From assembly GCA_964016885.1 (NCBI GenBank), contig OZ024749.1:43710001-43774000 (forward strand): a stretch of 64,000 nucleotides of DNA, written 5' to 3'. Shown one piece after another: positions 41,681-55,082 of this stretch (the first letter of the stretch is position 1; each line of letters opens with the position of its first letter). Under the pieces are notes generated by a model. The model did not search any database. It saw only the letters and a list, made by a program, of their open reading frames with translations, and was not told the origin of the DNA. The position numbers and the translations under genes are program-made. Origin of the DNA: Eledone cirrhosa (Eukaryota).

Positions 41681-43309
41681 TAAAAAGAAGAAAGAAAAAA
41701 CATGTTATGCTTAGTATAGATGCCAGCGAATGTAAAAGTAATTACCATATGAAAAACTAAATTGAAAAATAATCCCTGTTAGAAAGCAAACATTATGTTA
41801 TTACTGAAATTAAATAAAGTAAGAAGACTGGCAAACACTCCAGTCGTTACTAAAGATAATCTGAAGAAGCAAACAAACAAATAAAATCTAGTTTAAGAAA
41901 CAGTAAAACAAATATTTCATTTAATAAAATTAAAGAGTTGGGAATAATGACGGAAGAAAATTTTGTGAAGAACTTAATTGAAAACGAAACCATTTTGGGG
42001 ATATTTCATTTCGAAGAGAGGTGGAAGGTAATATAGAGTGTAAAAGAATCTACGAATTAGTAAATGAGATAGAATTTTGTGATTGTCAACGTGTTCAAGA
42101 TGAATTGAATGATAATGGTAGGAGAAACGATATTGGCCAATGAAAATGAAGATAAGGGAAAACATTTTTCTATAACAATTATCGATAAGATTATATGTTG
42201 ATCGAAGTAATAGAAAATGTGCTACAAAAAATACATTATTAACCTTTTCTTTACTAGATTTCTCATTTTTTTTAAAAATCAGCCTATAATTTTCAAGTCA
42301 TTTTGAAAACAACCAAGAATTAATTTTATCTGAAAATACATTGCAGTTTACACTCTGTTTCTTTTAAGGCAGGCTATACCACGATCACTGTTGCCTCACA
42401 TCTAGGTATCTTGGTTCTATACAATATTTAAATAACATTTATTTGAAATATAATTTAACCCATTGGTTACAATATTTCTAATATAAAAAAAAACACTACC
42501 TATTATTTTCAAATAATTTCGTAATGTAATTACTTTCCTATTATTAATCTTAACAAATGTTCGTACAAATGTTATAATGGAAGCTTTTAAATAAATATAA
42601 GCATGTTGAAATAAGTAGTTTTATATTAGAGAACAGGAGGGATTTTCAGACGGATGACTATCAAAAAGGTTAACCATTTCGTTACCATATTTCTGACGAA
42701 ATACACTGCTTATATTCTTCAAATCATTTTGGAAATACCAAGAATTGTGAGGGATTTTGTAATATAACAAACTTTCGCATTATTTATCTTGTGTTTGGAA
42801 CACAACTTAAATGTTCTTATATAAAATCGTAATGGAAGGTTTTTAGATAAATATACGTACTTTAAAATGAACAGTTTTGTGTCATAGAAACAGAGGCGGT
42901 TTCAGCTAGATTAATCTAATTGAATTCAACAAATTCTTTTATAAAAATTCATAAAGAAACAGCATTTGTCGTTGGCCTTTCACTACTAAAAAGAAGGCAT
43001 GTTTCCTTCCACTTCTGAATATGTTTACGAATAAATCAAATTTTAGGTATCAAAAGGCTTAAACTTTCAGTCGAATGTATAGCTAAATTCTGAGACCTTA
43101 ACAGCAGCAGTAATGCAAGGCCCCCAGAAATAAAGTCAAAGAGACTCATCTTGTCTCATTGTTTCCAATCCTCAATTGCTTGGCCTTGTGCCGAAAGTAG
43201 AAACAATTATTTTCAATCCTCATCAACAGGTTTGCAGTGGGGTGGATATAGATATAGTGAAAGGGTGTAGAGAGAAGATAAATCGATATATATATATATA
43301 CGTATGTGG

Positions 43310-43500
43310 CTGAAAGAAAAGAGTATTCAATACCGAAGTAGAGTTTAAAAATTCATTTTATTAAGATTAAATAGTGAGTCTTGTTATTCTGGAGTTTGGC
43401 CTGTTTATATCACACAGGGTTTTGTCTGATGACCCTGTGACAAACAGACGAAACTCCAGAGTAACAGGACTCACTATTTAGCCTTAACAAAATAATTTTA
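43310..43500 (+). mobile_element. Penelope-like end with inverted duplication and hammerhead at 43417-43472
   Basis: gggttttgt-CTGATGA-ccctgt(gacaa)acagac-GAAA-ctc(ca)gag-TA-acaggactc has a 9-bp stem I. 43369-43420 is an inverted copy of 43432-43480. The 5' part matches 17815-17853. Confidence 0.65.
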
Positions 43501-44249
43501 TATAAATATAGGAAATATGGTCCACCTGGTTCCTTACCACACTTTCTTTGTTATATATGTGTGTGTGTGTGAGAGAGAGAAACAGACAGATATATAGAGA
43601 GACAGACAGACAAAGAGATATTTCGATTAACTGTTTTGACTAATGGATACTTTAGTCAGTCAGACAAGAAGACACTATGATATTAGACAACGTACTAAAC
43701 ACATATATGATATACACGACAAACATAATTATTTTTACGCGAACGTTCTATAAATTCTCCTTCAACTTGTCTCCCCTTCTTACATTCTCAAGCCCTCCCC
43801 TCTCTCTCTCTCGCTCTCTTTCTCCCTCCTCAGATAACATAGACATAAATTGTTCCAATTCAAACATCCTATCTCTTCTCCTCCTTCTTCTTCTTCTTCT
43901 TCTTCTTCTTCTTCTTCTCCATTTCTTCTTCTCCTTCTCGATGTTGTTGGAACCATGGGAAATGCTTTTAAGAAAACTAATTATGAACCGATCTGAGTTG
44001 GGAAATCATGAGATGTCCAACTAAATCAAACGATAATTCCTCAACTATTTAAAAGCCAGACCAAAACATTCAGGCGTATTTGTCATTTACCGGACCGCCA
44101 AATTATATTTTTACTTCGTAGTCTTGAAGCTGTCACTGGAGATATTATACTATAATAATTGTCTTATTATTAATGTCACTGTTGTTGTTATTGTTGTTGG
44201 TAGTTAGCTAGCTAATTAGTTACTCATTACTTACATACTATTCTTATTG

Positions 44250-44294
<45 letters not shown>

Positions 44295-44774
44295 TTCGTC
44301 TACTTCTCTTAGGTTTTGGAGGGAGGCTCTGTCTGTGTGTCTGTGTATGTGTTGGGGGAGGGGGTTGTTATATTGAAGGTGTTTTTAAGGTAGGCTGAGA
44401 TAATGGGATAGTGGATATGTAGACTGTTTAGTTAGATTGTGATGATGATGATGATGATGATGATAATGGTGGTGGTTCTAATAGTGATGATGATGATGGT
44501 GATAAAGATGATGGTGGCGGTTGTGGTGGAGGGGGGGGGGGATAGTCATGATCAAGACAATCATCTTAGTGGATATAATACAGATTACGATGGGGGAGGA
44601 GGAAGAGGGGTTGAATGACTATCGTGATGACGGTGGTGATGTTGGTGGTGATGATGGTGGTGGTGATGGTGGGAGTGATGGTAGTGGTGGTGATGGTGGT
44701 GGTGATGGTGGAGATGGTGGTGATGGAGGTGGTGATAGTCATTATAGAGACTAGCATCATGGTGATTATAATAA

Positions 44775-45255
44775 AGTCAAGTTTGACTTTCATCCTGACG
44801 AAGGTTTGTTAAAACAAAGTACCAGTAACACACTAGGGTCGATTTAATCGAGTTTTCCCTCCCACGAAATTGTTGGCCTTGTGCCTTAATCAGAAGCCTT
44901 CTTTGTCACAAAGAGAAGAGCAACGGATTGGCAGTATCGGTAGAGCGTCGGACAACATGCTTTACGACATATAGTTACATCCCTCTATATTCTGAGTTCA
45001 AATCTCACAGAAGTCAACTTTGCCTTTCATCCTTACGGGGTTGATAAAATAAAAGTACCAGTAACGAACTGGAGTCGATTTAATCAACTTTTCCCTTCCC
45101 TTCCCCCAAATCTCACAGAAGTCAACTTTGCCCTTCATCTTTACGAGGTTGATAAAATAAAGTACCAGTAACGAACTGGGTTCGATTTAGTCGACTTTCT
45201 CCTTCCCCTCCCCCCAAAACATTATTGGCCCTGTGCCTAACATAAAACCCATTAA
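44775..45255 (+). mobile_element. Cluster of SINE family A copies with duplicated 3' half
   Basis: Head at ~44925. aaatctcacagaagtcaactttgcc...ccttccc occurs twice. Confidence 0.85.
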
Positions 45256-45824
45256 TATATCCAATGCAATATTTCTATTTTCTGTGAGCATTCATGTTAG
45301 TTTGTTTGTCATCTGTCTTTGTTTTCTAATATTTATTTTATTGTTGTTGTTTTTTCCACAATTGCTGTTTTAGAATAAGATAGGATCGCATCTGAACTTT
45401 CGCGATCTTCCGTTTCCGCTGTCTTATTATTGCAACCGGAAGAGGCTATTTCGGATTATGGAAGGCTGACAGAAATTTATAACACACATAAAAAAAGGAA
45501 AAAAAATTAAAGTGTTCTGAAAAAACAAAAAGGTTCTTGGAAATATTTTGAACAAAACAAAATCAAGTATTGCAACATCTATGGTTCAAATTATAGACTG
45601 CTAAAAGTTCATGTTTTCACTTCAACAAGGAGAAAGAACAACAATAACGACGACGATAATAGCAACAACAACAACAATAACAAAAAAGATAGCAACAACA
45701 TCGACAACAACAACAATAAAAACGACGTCGATAACAACAACAACGACCATAACAACAACGGCAACAAAATAACAAGGACAAGAGGAATTATTTTAACAAT
45801 GTTGTTGTGGTGGAGGTGGTAGTG

Positions 45825-45858
<34 letters not shown>

Positions 45859-46406
45859 ATTTCTTGCATTATTGATAGCAACAACAACATCAAGAAGAAG
45901 AAGAAGAAGAAGAAGAAGACGAAGACAGCCATATTTGTGAGTGGCTAAACACGAAAAAATCTCGAATAACTGAAATAAGCGCGAAGGAAAATTGTGTTTG
46001 TTTTTTTCTAACATTCGGCCATTTTAGATAGAAATATTCCATCGTTGTTCAGATACAGCTGCCAGTATATGTATGGATATGGGTGTATGTATGTGTGCGT
46101 ATACGTACATGTGTATGTGAATATATATATATATTCATATACATACACACACATATATATATTCACATACATATATGCATACATATATACACATATTTAT
46201 GCATATACATACACACATATATACATATATTTATATACATAATTACATACACGAATAATCCTTAAGACATAACTCTTTATACTGTGATGCACATTTCCAC
46301 AACGCCAGCCAGTTGCTGCTATGTAATCATATCTTAGGCTGGCAGGAATATTGTAAAACATTACATCCAACGTTCTAACGACAATGTCAAATAGTCACGT
46401 TGAAAT

Positions 46407-46730
46407 AAATTACATTTATATAAAATATATTTTATGAACCAACTAGTATAAATTTATCTACGTTAAGCAAAAATTACATTTATATGAAATATATTTTATG
46501 AACCAACTAGTATAAATTTATCTACGTTAAGCAAAAATTACATTTATATAAAATATATTTTATGAACCAACTAGTATAAATTTATCTACGTTAAGCAAAA
46601 ATTACATTTATATGAAATATATTTTATGAACCAACTAGTATAAATTTATCTACGTTAAGCAAAAATTACATTTATATAAAATATATTTTATGAACCAACT
46701 AGTATAAATTTATCTACGTTAAGCAAAAAT
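46407..46730. repeat. 64-bp tandem repeat, 5 copies
   Basis: tacatt starts at 46411, 46475, 46539 and onward. Units alternate tataaaat/tatgaaat. Confidence 0.95.
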
Positions 46731-47561
46731 CTCAAGTTATTCAAATATACTTATATCTCCGCACAAATTTTGGAAAGAAAATTACTCAAGAGACAATATT
46801 TTGAAAGAAGACTAAAGAAATATCGGAGTTTGGCAGTGATATTGGTTCAAACAAAAACTCCAATATCGAAGAAGAAAGATGAAATGTGTTGTACAAAAGC
46901 ATTCGATCGATTTTGAAAATATTGCCAGCTTCGTTGTTTAGATGTGACTAGAAAGAAGACTTTATCCTCGGGTCAGCTTTTTAAGAAGCGTTCAAATTCA
47001 TTGACTCGTATCGACATTCGATGAACCGATCAGGAATTTTAAAATCTAACTTCGTAATTAATCAAAGATTGTCTTCTTTTCATTATTTAATCTCTTCCAT
47101 CCTACTGATTAACAGGAATTTTATCATTAATCAGTACTGTCTATCTCGTATTAAACATGTTAACCGTACCGTGTAACCGGATGGAAAGAAGGAGCGTAGC
47201 CTAGTGGTTAGGGTGCTGGGCTCACAGTCGTGAAGTTGTGAGTTTGATACTTGGATTGAGCGGTACAATGTATCTTTGAGCGAGCAAGACACTTTATTTC
47301 ACGTTGCTTCAGTACACTCAGCTGTAAGTAAAAAAAGAGTTCGACATCATTTGTACTTAACTGTATCAGCCCCTCCCTTTCCTTTGAGCAAGTATATATA
47401 TATATATGAAATAAAAATAAATTAAAAAATTTCGCTCTACATGGCTGAATACAATAAATGTAATCTGAGTTTTTCGAATATTAATAATAATATTCGATTC
47501 GTTTGCAGTTATGCAAACAGCCTCCTTTTTAAAGCCATGTAAGTAGAATGAGCCCCTCATT

Positions 47562-47638
<77 letters not shown>

Positions 47639-47739
47639 TTAATATAGAAATGGCTTCTACAAGACTAGAGCTGTTTCATTCGAATATTTATACTCTGCTA
47701 TGTATTGGGCACCTTACTTACTGTGGTTGCCCCCGGGAT

Positions 47740-47800
<61 letters not shown>

Positions 47801-48119
47801 GTATATGCAGTGTATATATGGGTTACGACGTCACTATCTGACGCTTATAACAATTTAGAGAATCCGCCGCGTCTGGAGTAATATTTCATTGATCGACCTT
47901 GAAAAGATGAAACGCAAAGTTGACCTCGGTGGGATTTGAAATCGAAGCTCAGAAAACTAGAACAAATAGCAAGGCATTTAACAATTCATCTTCTTAATGA
48001 CTCCGACAATTCTCTGCATGTGAATCTTCCTAAATACAACAACTTGTTGTTGTGGACCTCCGTCGGCAGCGACGACGATTTCTCCAGTTGTTTAATCCAC
48101 GGAACAACCTGCTTGGTAA

Positions 48120-48530
48120 ATCATTAAAACACCCGAAAACCCTCTTGTAAGATGCAACCTCATTAGAGAGCAAGTGAACCTTCAAAGGTTTCGGCTGCAA
48201 AAACATGATAGGCCCTCTGAGTCCGTATCATTAAAACACCCGGGCACCTCTTTTGAGATGTGACCTTATAGGAGAGCTTCTAAATCTACATGGATGTAAA
48301 CTGTTAAAATAACATGATAGGACGGGTGCCCCTATCATTAAAACGCCTGGGAAACCTCCTACGAGATGGAATCTCATATGAGGGCAACTAAACCTACATA
48401 GGTATGAGCTGTAACAATAATAATATGATAGGATGAGGGGCCCCTATCATTAAACCACCTGGGAAATCTCCTACGAGATGTAAACTCATAGAAGGGCAAC
48501 TAAACTTACATAGGTGTGAGCTGTAAATAC
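48120..48530. repeat. ~107-112 bp diverged tandem repeat (4 units) with conserved hairpins
   Basis: atcattaaa starts at 48120, 48227, 48334 and 48446. Confidence 0.85.
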
Positions 48531-49401
48531 CATTTCATACCAAGACAGTATTGCCAGTGGATAAGACATTAACATCTTAGTCTTATTTCTCATCAAGTAC
48601 CTCCACTAAATGATAAGATTATTTTGTTTTAATATAAAAAAAATAAGCACATCAATTAATATTTAAAAGTTATTTCATATAAAAACTTTTAGCTATATAA
48701 CCAACGAACCAACAAAACAACACAAGATAGAAGAAAATTAATAGCAAAACTCTTAAATTACTTTTAGATTTTACAGCTCAAAAGTTTGAATTTTTTTTTT
48801 TTTTTAAGAAACACTTCTTTCTTTAACATAAAAATATTTTGTCTTTCGTTGAAGTTCTTAGTCATGTCAGTGCTAATAAAAATAATTCTAATTTTAATTT
48901 TTTTAATATTTTTATTTTAAAGCACACAAGAAATTCTTAGAAAATTCTAGAGAGGACTCATTTTCGTCGCTTTTTTTTTTGTTTTTTGTTTTTTGTTTTT
49001 TTTTGTGTGTGTCTTTTTTTTTATATTTTAGTACAGTTTTGTTTATTGTTGTTTTTTCAACACGGTTGTTACAAGATGGCTTTTAAGTAATAGCTCGATA
49101 TAACCTATAAATCAATTATGGGGGGAGGGGAGAAATTTTAGTGGATATTTGTTAGTCTAGGAGAGATGACAGTATAATAAAAAAAATAAAAAAAAAGTTA
49201 AAAAGAAAGGATGGAAAAAAAAATCGACTTAAGCGAGACCTGAACGAAAAAAAAAACCATTGTAACTTTTGTAAAACATGCTACTTGGTCTGTCTAAATC
49301 TGACGCTCCCTTACATCAGCTGTAACTAAAAAGTTCAAAAATCTAGTCACCAATTACAATAAAATACTTCGATTAGCTTTATCTGAAAGTGACAGTAATA
49401 T

Positions 49402-49712
49402 TTCTTTCTACTTTTGGCACAAAGCCAGCAATTATCCCAGTGTATTACTGGTACTTTATTTTATCGACCCCGTAAGGATGAAAGGCAAAGTTAACCTCGG
49501 CGGGATTTGGAATCAGACCATAGAGGGCCATGAATTGGCAGTATCGGTAGAGGGTCGGACGCCATACTTTCCAGCATAGTTACGTCCCTTTACGGTCCGA
49601 GTTCAAACCCCGTCGAGGTTAACTTTGCCTTTCATCCTTACGGGGTCGATAAAATAAAGTACCAGTAATGCACTGGGATAATTGCTGTCCTTGTGCCAAA
49701 AGTTGAAACAAG
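49402..49712. mobile_element. Head-to-head SINE A pair forming a long inverted repeat
   Basis: The minus copy ~49402-49530 is truncated just upstream of its B-box and abuts the plus copy ~49531-49712. Confidence 0.9.
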
Positions 49713-49794
49713 TATCAGTAATATTGTGGTCTTCATTTGTTGTTCTTGTTTAGCTCCACGAACAACAACAACACTTCTAACAATACAATAACCC

Positions 49795-50263
49795 ACCAAT
49801 CAGTACGAAACATAGCTCTGTCAGCTTTATCTCCCCTTGTTTGCTGAAAATTTAAAGTAAGTGAGACTGTCACTACTCTAAAACAATAGCATAAGGTCTT
49901 CGAAATGCTTTTAATTAAGTATACAATGTATTGCAAAATACACTATATATACATTCATATATATATAGCTATTTCACAGCGCCAATTCTAATTTTCAATT
50001 TCTGCTTGACCGGCAACCGCTCTGTATAATCAGTTCCTGATTATTACTAGAAATTTTATAAGAATCAAACATTCATGATTTTCAGCAAACAGGTGAGGCA
50101 CTGGGCTTTGATAAGTACCAATCAGTCCGAAACATAGCTCTGTCAGCTTTATCTCCCCCTGTTTGCTGAAAATTTAAAGTAAATGAGACTGTCACTACTC
50201 TGAAACAATAGCATAAGGTCTTCGAAATGCTTTTAATTAAGCATGCAGTGTATTGCAAAATAC

Positions 50264-50298
<35 letters not shown>

Positions 50299-50315
50299 CT
50301 ATTTCAGAACGCCAA

Positions 50316-50322
<7 letters not shown>
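49795..50322 (+). mobile_element. Penelope-like tandem pseudo-LTR (two ~200-bp direct repeats) with degenerate hammerhead and short inverted segment
   Basis: 49795-49992 is repeated at 50117-50322. gggct-TTGATAA-gtac(caatca)gtcc-GAAA-ca(tagctc)tg-TC-agctt lies at 50103-50149, and copy 1 keeps gtacGAAA. attttcagcaaacagg at ~50078 is inverted relative to the repeat. Confidence 0.6.
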
Positions 50323-50356
<34 letters not shown>

Positions 50357-50549
50357 GTGAGTGAATCTGTACTGATTGTATTAATATCGATAGGAGTAAA
50401 CTGGTTTTTATCATCTTAGTTACGTTGCTCTTTCTCTCTCTCTCTAACTATCTATCTATTTATCCATCTATATATCTATCTATCTATCTATCTATCTAAT
50501 TATCCTTCTCTTACTTTCTCACTCTTCCCACGCCTCCAACTCTACATAG

Positions 50550-50661
50550 CACCATTGTAAGTTCAGCTCATTTAATACTAAGTGCAACCTGTGTCCCGAA
50601 GGCCAGAGATCACATCTAGATGTCGGCTACTGTTTCAACATCCTGTCTATTACTACACCAG
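50550..50661 (+). CDS. Candidate exon: TNFR-like cysteine-rich segment (3' boundary uncertain)
   Basis: A long polypyrimidine tract and tag acceptor at 50549 precede HHCKFSSFNTKCNLCPEGQRSHLDVGYCFNILSITTP. The frame stays open into a Thr/Ser/Gly-rich repeat. The donor is either AG|GC at 50662 or a later phase-1 GT. Confidence 0.4.
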
Positions 50662-50689
50662 GCAAACAGCATCTTACAACAACATCAAC

Positions 50690-50807
50690 AACAACTACTA
50701 CTACTACTAGTAGTAGTAGTAGTAGCAGTAGTAGCAGTAGTGGTGGTGGAGGTGGTAGTAGTAGTAGTAGTAGTAGTCTTAGTAGTGGTAGTAGTAGTGG
50801 TGGTGGA

Positions 50808-50857
<50 letters not shown>

Positions 50858-50891
50858 AGGTAGTAGTAGTAGTAGTAGTAGTGGAGGTGGA

Positions 50892-50965
<74 letters not shown>

Positions 50966-50967
50966 AG

Positions 50968-51009
<42 letters not shown>

Positions 51010-51181
51010 CAATTACTGCTACTAAGGCTTCTACTACTACCACTACCAATACAGTCACTATCAACACTACAACCACTACTACTACTACTACTACTAACCC
51101 ACCACCACCAACATCATTACTACTACTACTACTACTATTACTACTACTATTACTACTACTACTAACCACCACCAACATCAT

Positions 51182-51234
<53 letters not shown>

Positions 51235-51255
51235 ACCCACCACCACCAATATCAT

Positions 51256-51290
<35 letters not shown>

Positions 51291-51450
51291 ACCCACCACC
51301 ACCAACATCATTACTACTACTACTACTACTACTAACCCACCACCACCAACATCATTACTACTACTACTACTACTACTACTACTAACCCACCACCACCAAC
51401 ATCATTACTACTACTACTACTACTACTACACCACTATAACTATTACTATT
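50690..51450. repeat. (AGT/GGT)n followed by (ACT/CCA)n trinucleotide arrays
   Basis: Direct. The two halves are reverse-complement-like. Confidence 0.9.
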
Positions 51451-51646
51451 GATGTTGATGAAGCTACTGTTGATGTTACTATTACATTCAATGTCTCCCC
51501 CCCCCCCCCACCCTTCAGTGTTGTTTCTATATATCTACATTTGTTTTATGTGTGTTTGCTCTTTGCTGTTTCTTTCTTTTTATTCTCCTTTCCCAGCCAT
51601 TTACGTGTCTCAGGTTTTTTTCTAGCTTCAATTCTACCTTAAGCAG

Positions 51647-51708
51647 ACGACTCCACTTTTCACACTGATCAAAATACATATGATGAGGAGCCGCCAGCCT
51701 ATGAATGG
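51647..51708 (+). CDS. Candidate small exon (D)[20 protein letters not shown]
   Basis: Pyrimidine-rich acceptor ending aagcag. Its phase-1 start is compatible with the 50550 exon. The donor gtatat (or nearby gtgtgt) is weak. Confidence 0.3.
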
Positions 51709-51717
51709 GTATATACG

Positions 51718-51754
<37 letters not shown>

Positions 51755-51799
51755 TGTGTATGTATGTGTATGTGTGTGTGTGTGTGTACATATATATAT

Positions 51800-51834
<35 letters not shown>

Positions 51835-51850
51835 AATATATATACATATA

Positions 51851-51928
<78 letters not shown>

Positions 51929-51937
51929 TATATACAT

Positions 51938-52018
<81 letters not shown>

Positions 52019-52125
52019 CATACATACATATACATGTATATATGCATACATATACATGTATATATACATATATGCATACATATGCATGTATATATACATA
52101 TGTTTATGTATATATATATATATAT

Positions 52126-52202
<77 letters not shown>

Positions 52203-52320
52203 CATACATACATATACATGTATATATGCATACATATACATGTATATATACATATATGCATACATATGCATGTATATATACATATGTTTATGTATATATA
52301 TATATATATATACATACATA

Positions 52321-52377
<57 letters not shown>

Positions 52378-52722
52378 ATTCTATTTTTCATTAGACAAGG
52401 TAAACATAAAATCTATCGACCTCTTCGTTTATTATATATCATCTATTTAGCCTGATATATATTGGAGCAGTAGACATGGCTCATAGACCTCTATTGATTC
52501 CTACTGGTTGGTTTTAGGGAGGGAGGAGGGGGTTGTATGAGGGGGTTGTATGTCTGTATAGCTGTAAATATATATATATATATATATGTATGTGTATGTG
52601 TGTGTGTGTCTGTGTGTGTGTGTGCGTGTGTGCGTATATACATTTGGTCTTATCTGTGAGTGTATGTTATCGTATGTATGTCTGTGTATCTATCTATCTA
52701 TAAATAGAGAAATATATCTATC

Positions 52723-52762
<40 letters not shown>

Positions 52763-53136
52763 CTTATATGTATATCTATGTTCTTTTATGTGTCTCAGTG
52801 ACTGTGCATGTTTTCTTGTCTGTGTGTTGTGTATGTGTGTATAAACGTTCTTGCTTGTCTGTCTCTATGTGTGTCTGTATCTGTGTAACTATATATGTGT
52901 GTGTGTGTATCTGTGTATTTATGTATCTGTATTTCTATGCATCTGTGTTAGAATCCAGCAACGAAAGTCTAAAAGTTAAGTTAAACTTGTTTGGAGACAG
53001 CTTTACCTGTCGTTCCTATATGAAGCTGGATTGTTGCTTGCTTTTAGACTTTTAGACTTTTAGACTTATTCTCTTCATCATCACCTCATCCCGCTCTCCT
53101 GCCCTACAACTACTCCACGAATTTTATATATATATT

Positions 53137-53139
<3 letters not shown>

Positions 53140-53195
<56 letters not shown>

Positions 53196-53280
53196 AGAGA
53201 AAGAGGGGGATTGCGAGAGAGAAAGGGGGAGAGACAAAAAGAGGGACGTACATATATATATATATGTATGCAGACGACAA

Positions 53281-53321
<41 letters not shown>

Positions 53322-53326
53322 ACAAT

Positions 53327-53419
<93 letters not shown>

Positions 53420-53496
53420 ATATATATATGGAGAGAGAGAGAAGGAGAGGGACGTACTTATATGTATATGCGAATATATATATATGTATATATATT

Positions 53497-53587
<91 letters not shown>

Positions 53588-53640
53588 ATATATATATGGA
53601 GAGAGAGAGAAGGAGAGGGACGTACTTATATGTATATGCG

Positions 53641-53702
<62 letters not shown>

Positions 53703-53800
53703 AGTGTGTGTTTATATATATATGGAGAGAGAGAGAAGGAGAGGGACGTACTTATATGTATATGCGAATATATATATATATATTAATAAAAATATATGCA
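53140..53800. repeat. Tandem triplication of microsatellite-containing unit (ggagagagagagaaggagagggacgtacttatatgtatatgcgaa)
   Basis: The core occurs at ~53430, ~53598 and ~53724. Confidence 0.9.
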
Positions 53801-53811
53801 CACACAATAAT

Positions 53812-53848
<37 letters not shown>

Positions 53849-54115
53849 ATAAATAAGCGTGCATACATTAACATACACACATATAGAATAACCACATGAT
53901 GAGTGAGTAGTTATATTTTGCAGTCTATTACTGGGTCATGCATTGTGTTTATGATCAAGATACTTAGCTCAGTTCGCTCATCTGCAAACAGGTTCCACAT
54001 ATTGTTGCAATGTGGCTAATAATTATGCATAAAACACCTCGTGTTTTTACATCTCTGTATTTGTCTTATCTGTTCTTGGACTATGTGTGTGTGTGTGTAG
54101 TGTGTGTGACACACT

Positions 54116-54191
<76 letters not shown>

Positions 54192-54364
54192 CACATACAG
54201 ATATATATATCTATATCTATACATATATATAAACATATATAAATATATACGTATATAGATATATATAAATACATATATACATATATATAAATATATACAT
54301 TTATAGATATAGATAAATACATATATACATATATATAAATATATACATATGTAGATATATAAAA

Positions 54365-54430
<66 letters not shown>

Positions 54431-54832
54431 ATGCTATAATGGCTGCCAATCAACTCAATTATTTAACTAGACATTCGTTATAGTGATGAAGGCATATTTA
54501 ATTATTTCAGGAAATGAAAAGCTAAATTACATTCAGAAATACAGTTATAAAAAAAATAATATTAATTAATAGTATGAATTATTATTAATTAATAACTAAT
54601 ATTGTTTCTATATCAAGTACTAAATTCTATTGAGAATTATTTTAGTCTGCTCCCATGATTCCGTAACCTCCCTACATATCAAAGAGAAAATTAAGTAAAT
54701 TTAATGTTATTTCTTATTTCTTTTACGAGAGATATAACAAATATTAGAGAATATTTGTTTTCAACCACTTGCCGTTGTAAATAACATATTTTATGTCTTT
54801 TGTTTGCCACACACGTATATATATATGTGTGT

Positions 54833-54892
<60 letters not shown>

Positions 54893-54974
54893 AAAAAGTA
54901 AACAGAAATAACAACACAATCGGTACAGTATATTGAAGGGATATATTAGGTTAACGCTTGATATAGCAGGAAGA

Positions 54975-55082
<108 letters not shown>

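Noticed and set aside
42369-42405. Micro-exon between ttttaag and gtatct (also candidates at 23722, 40072, 53924)
   Set aside because: Splice-like signals only. The peptides are uninformative and cannot be chained into a consistent gene model by eye.
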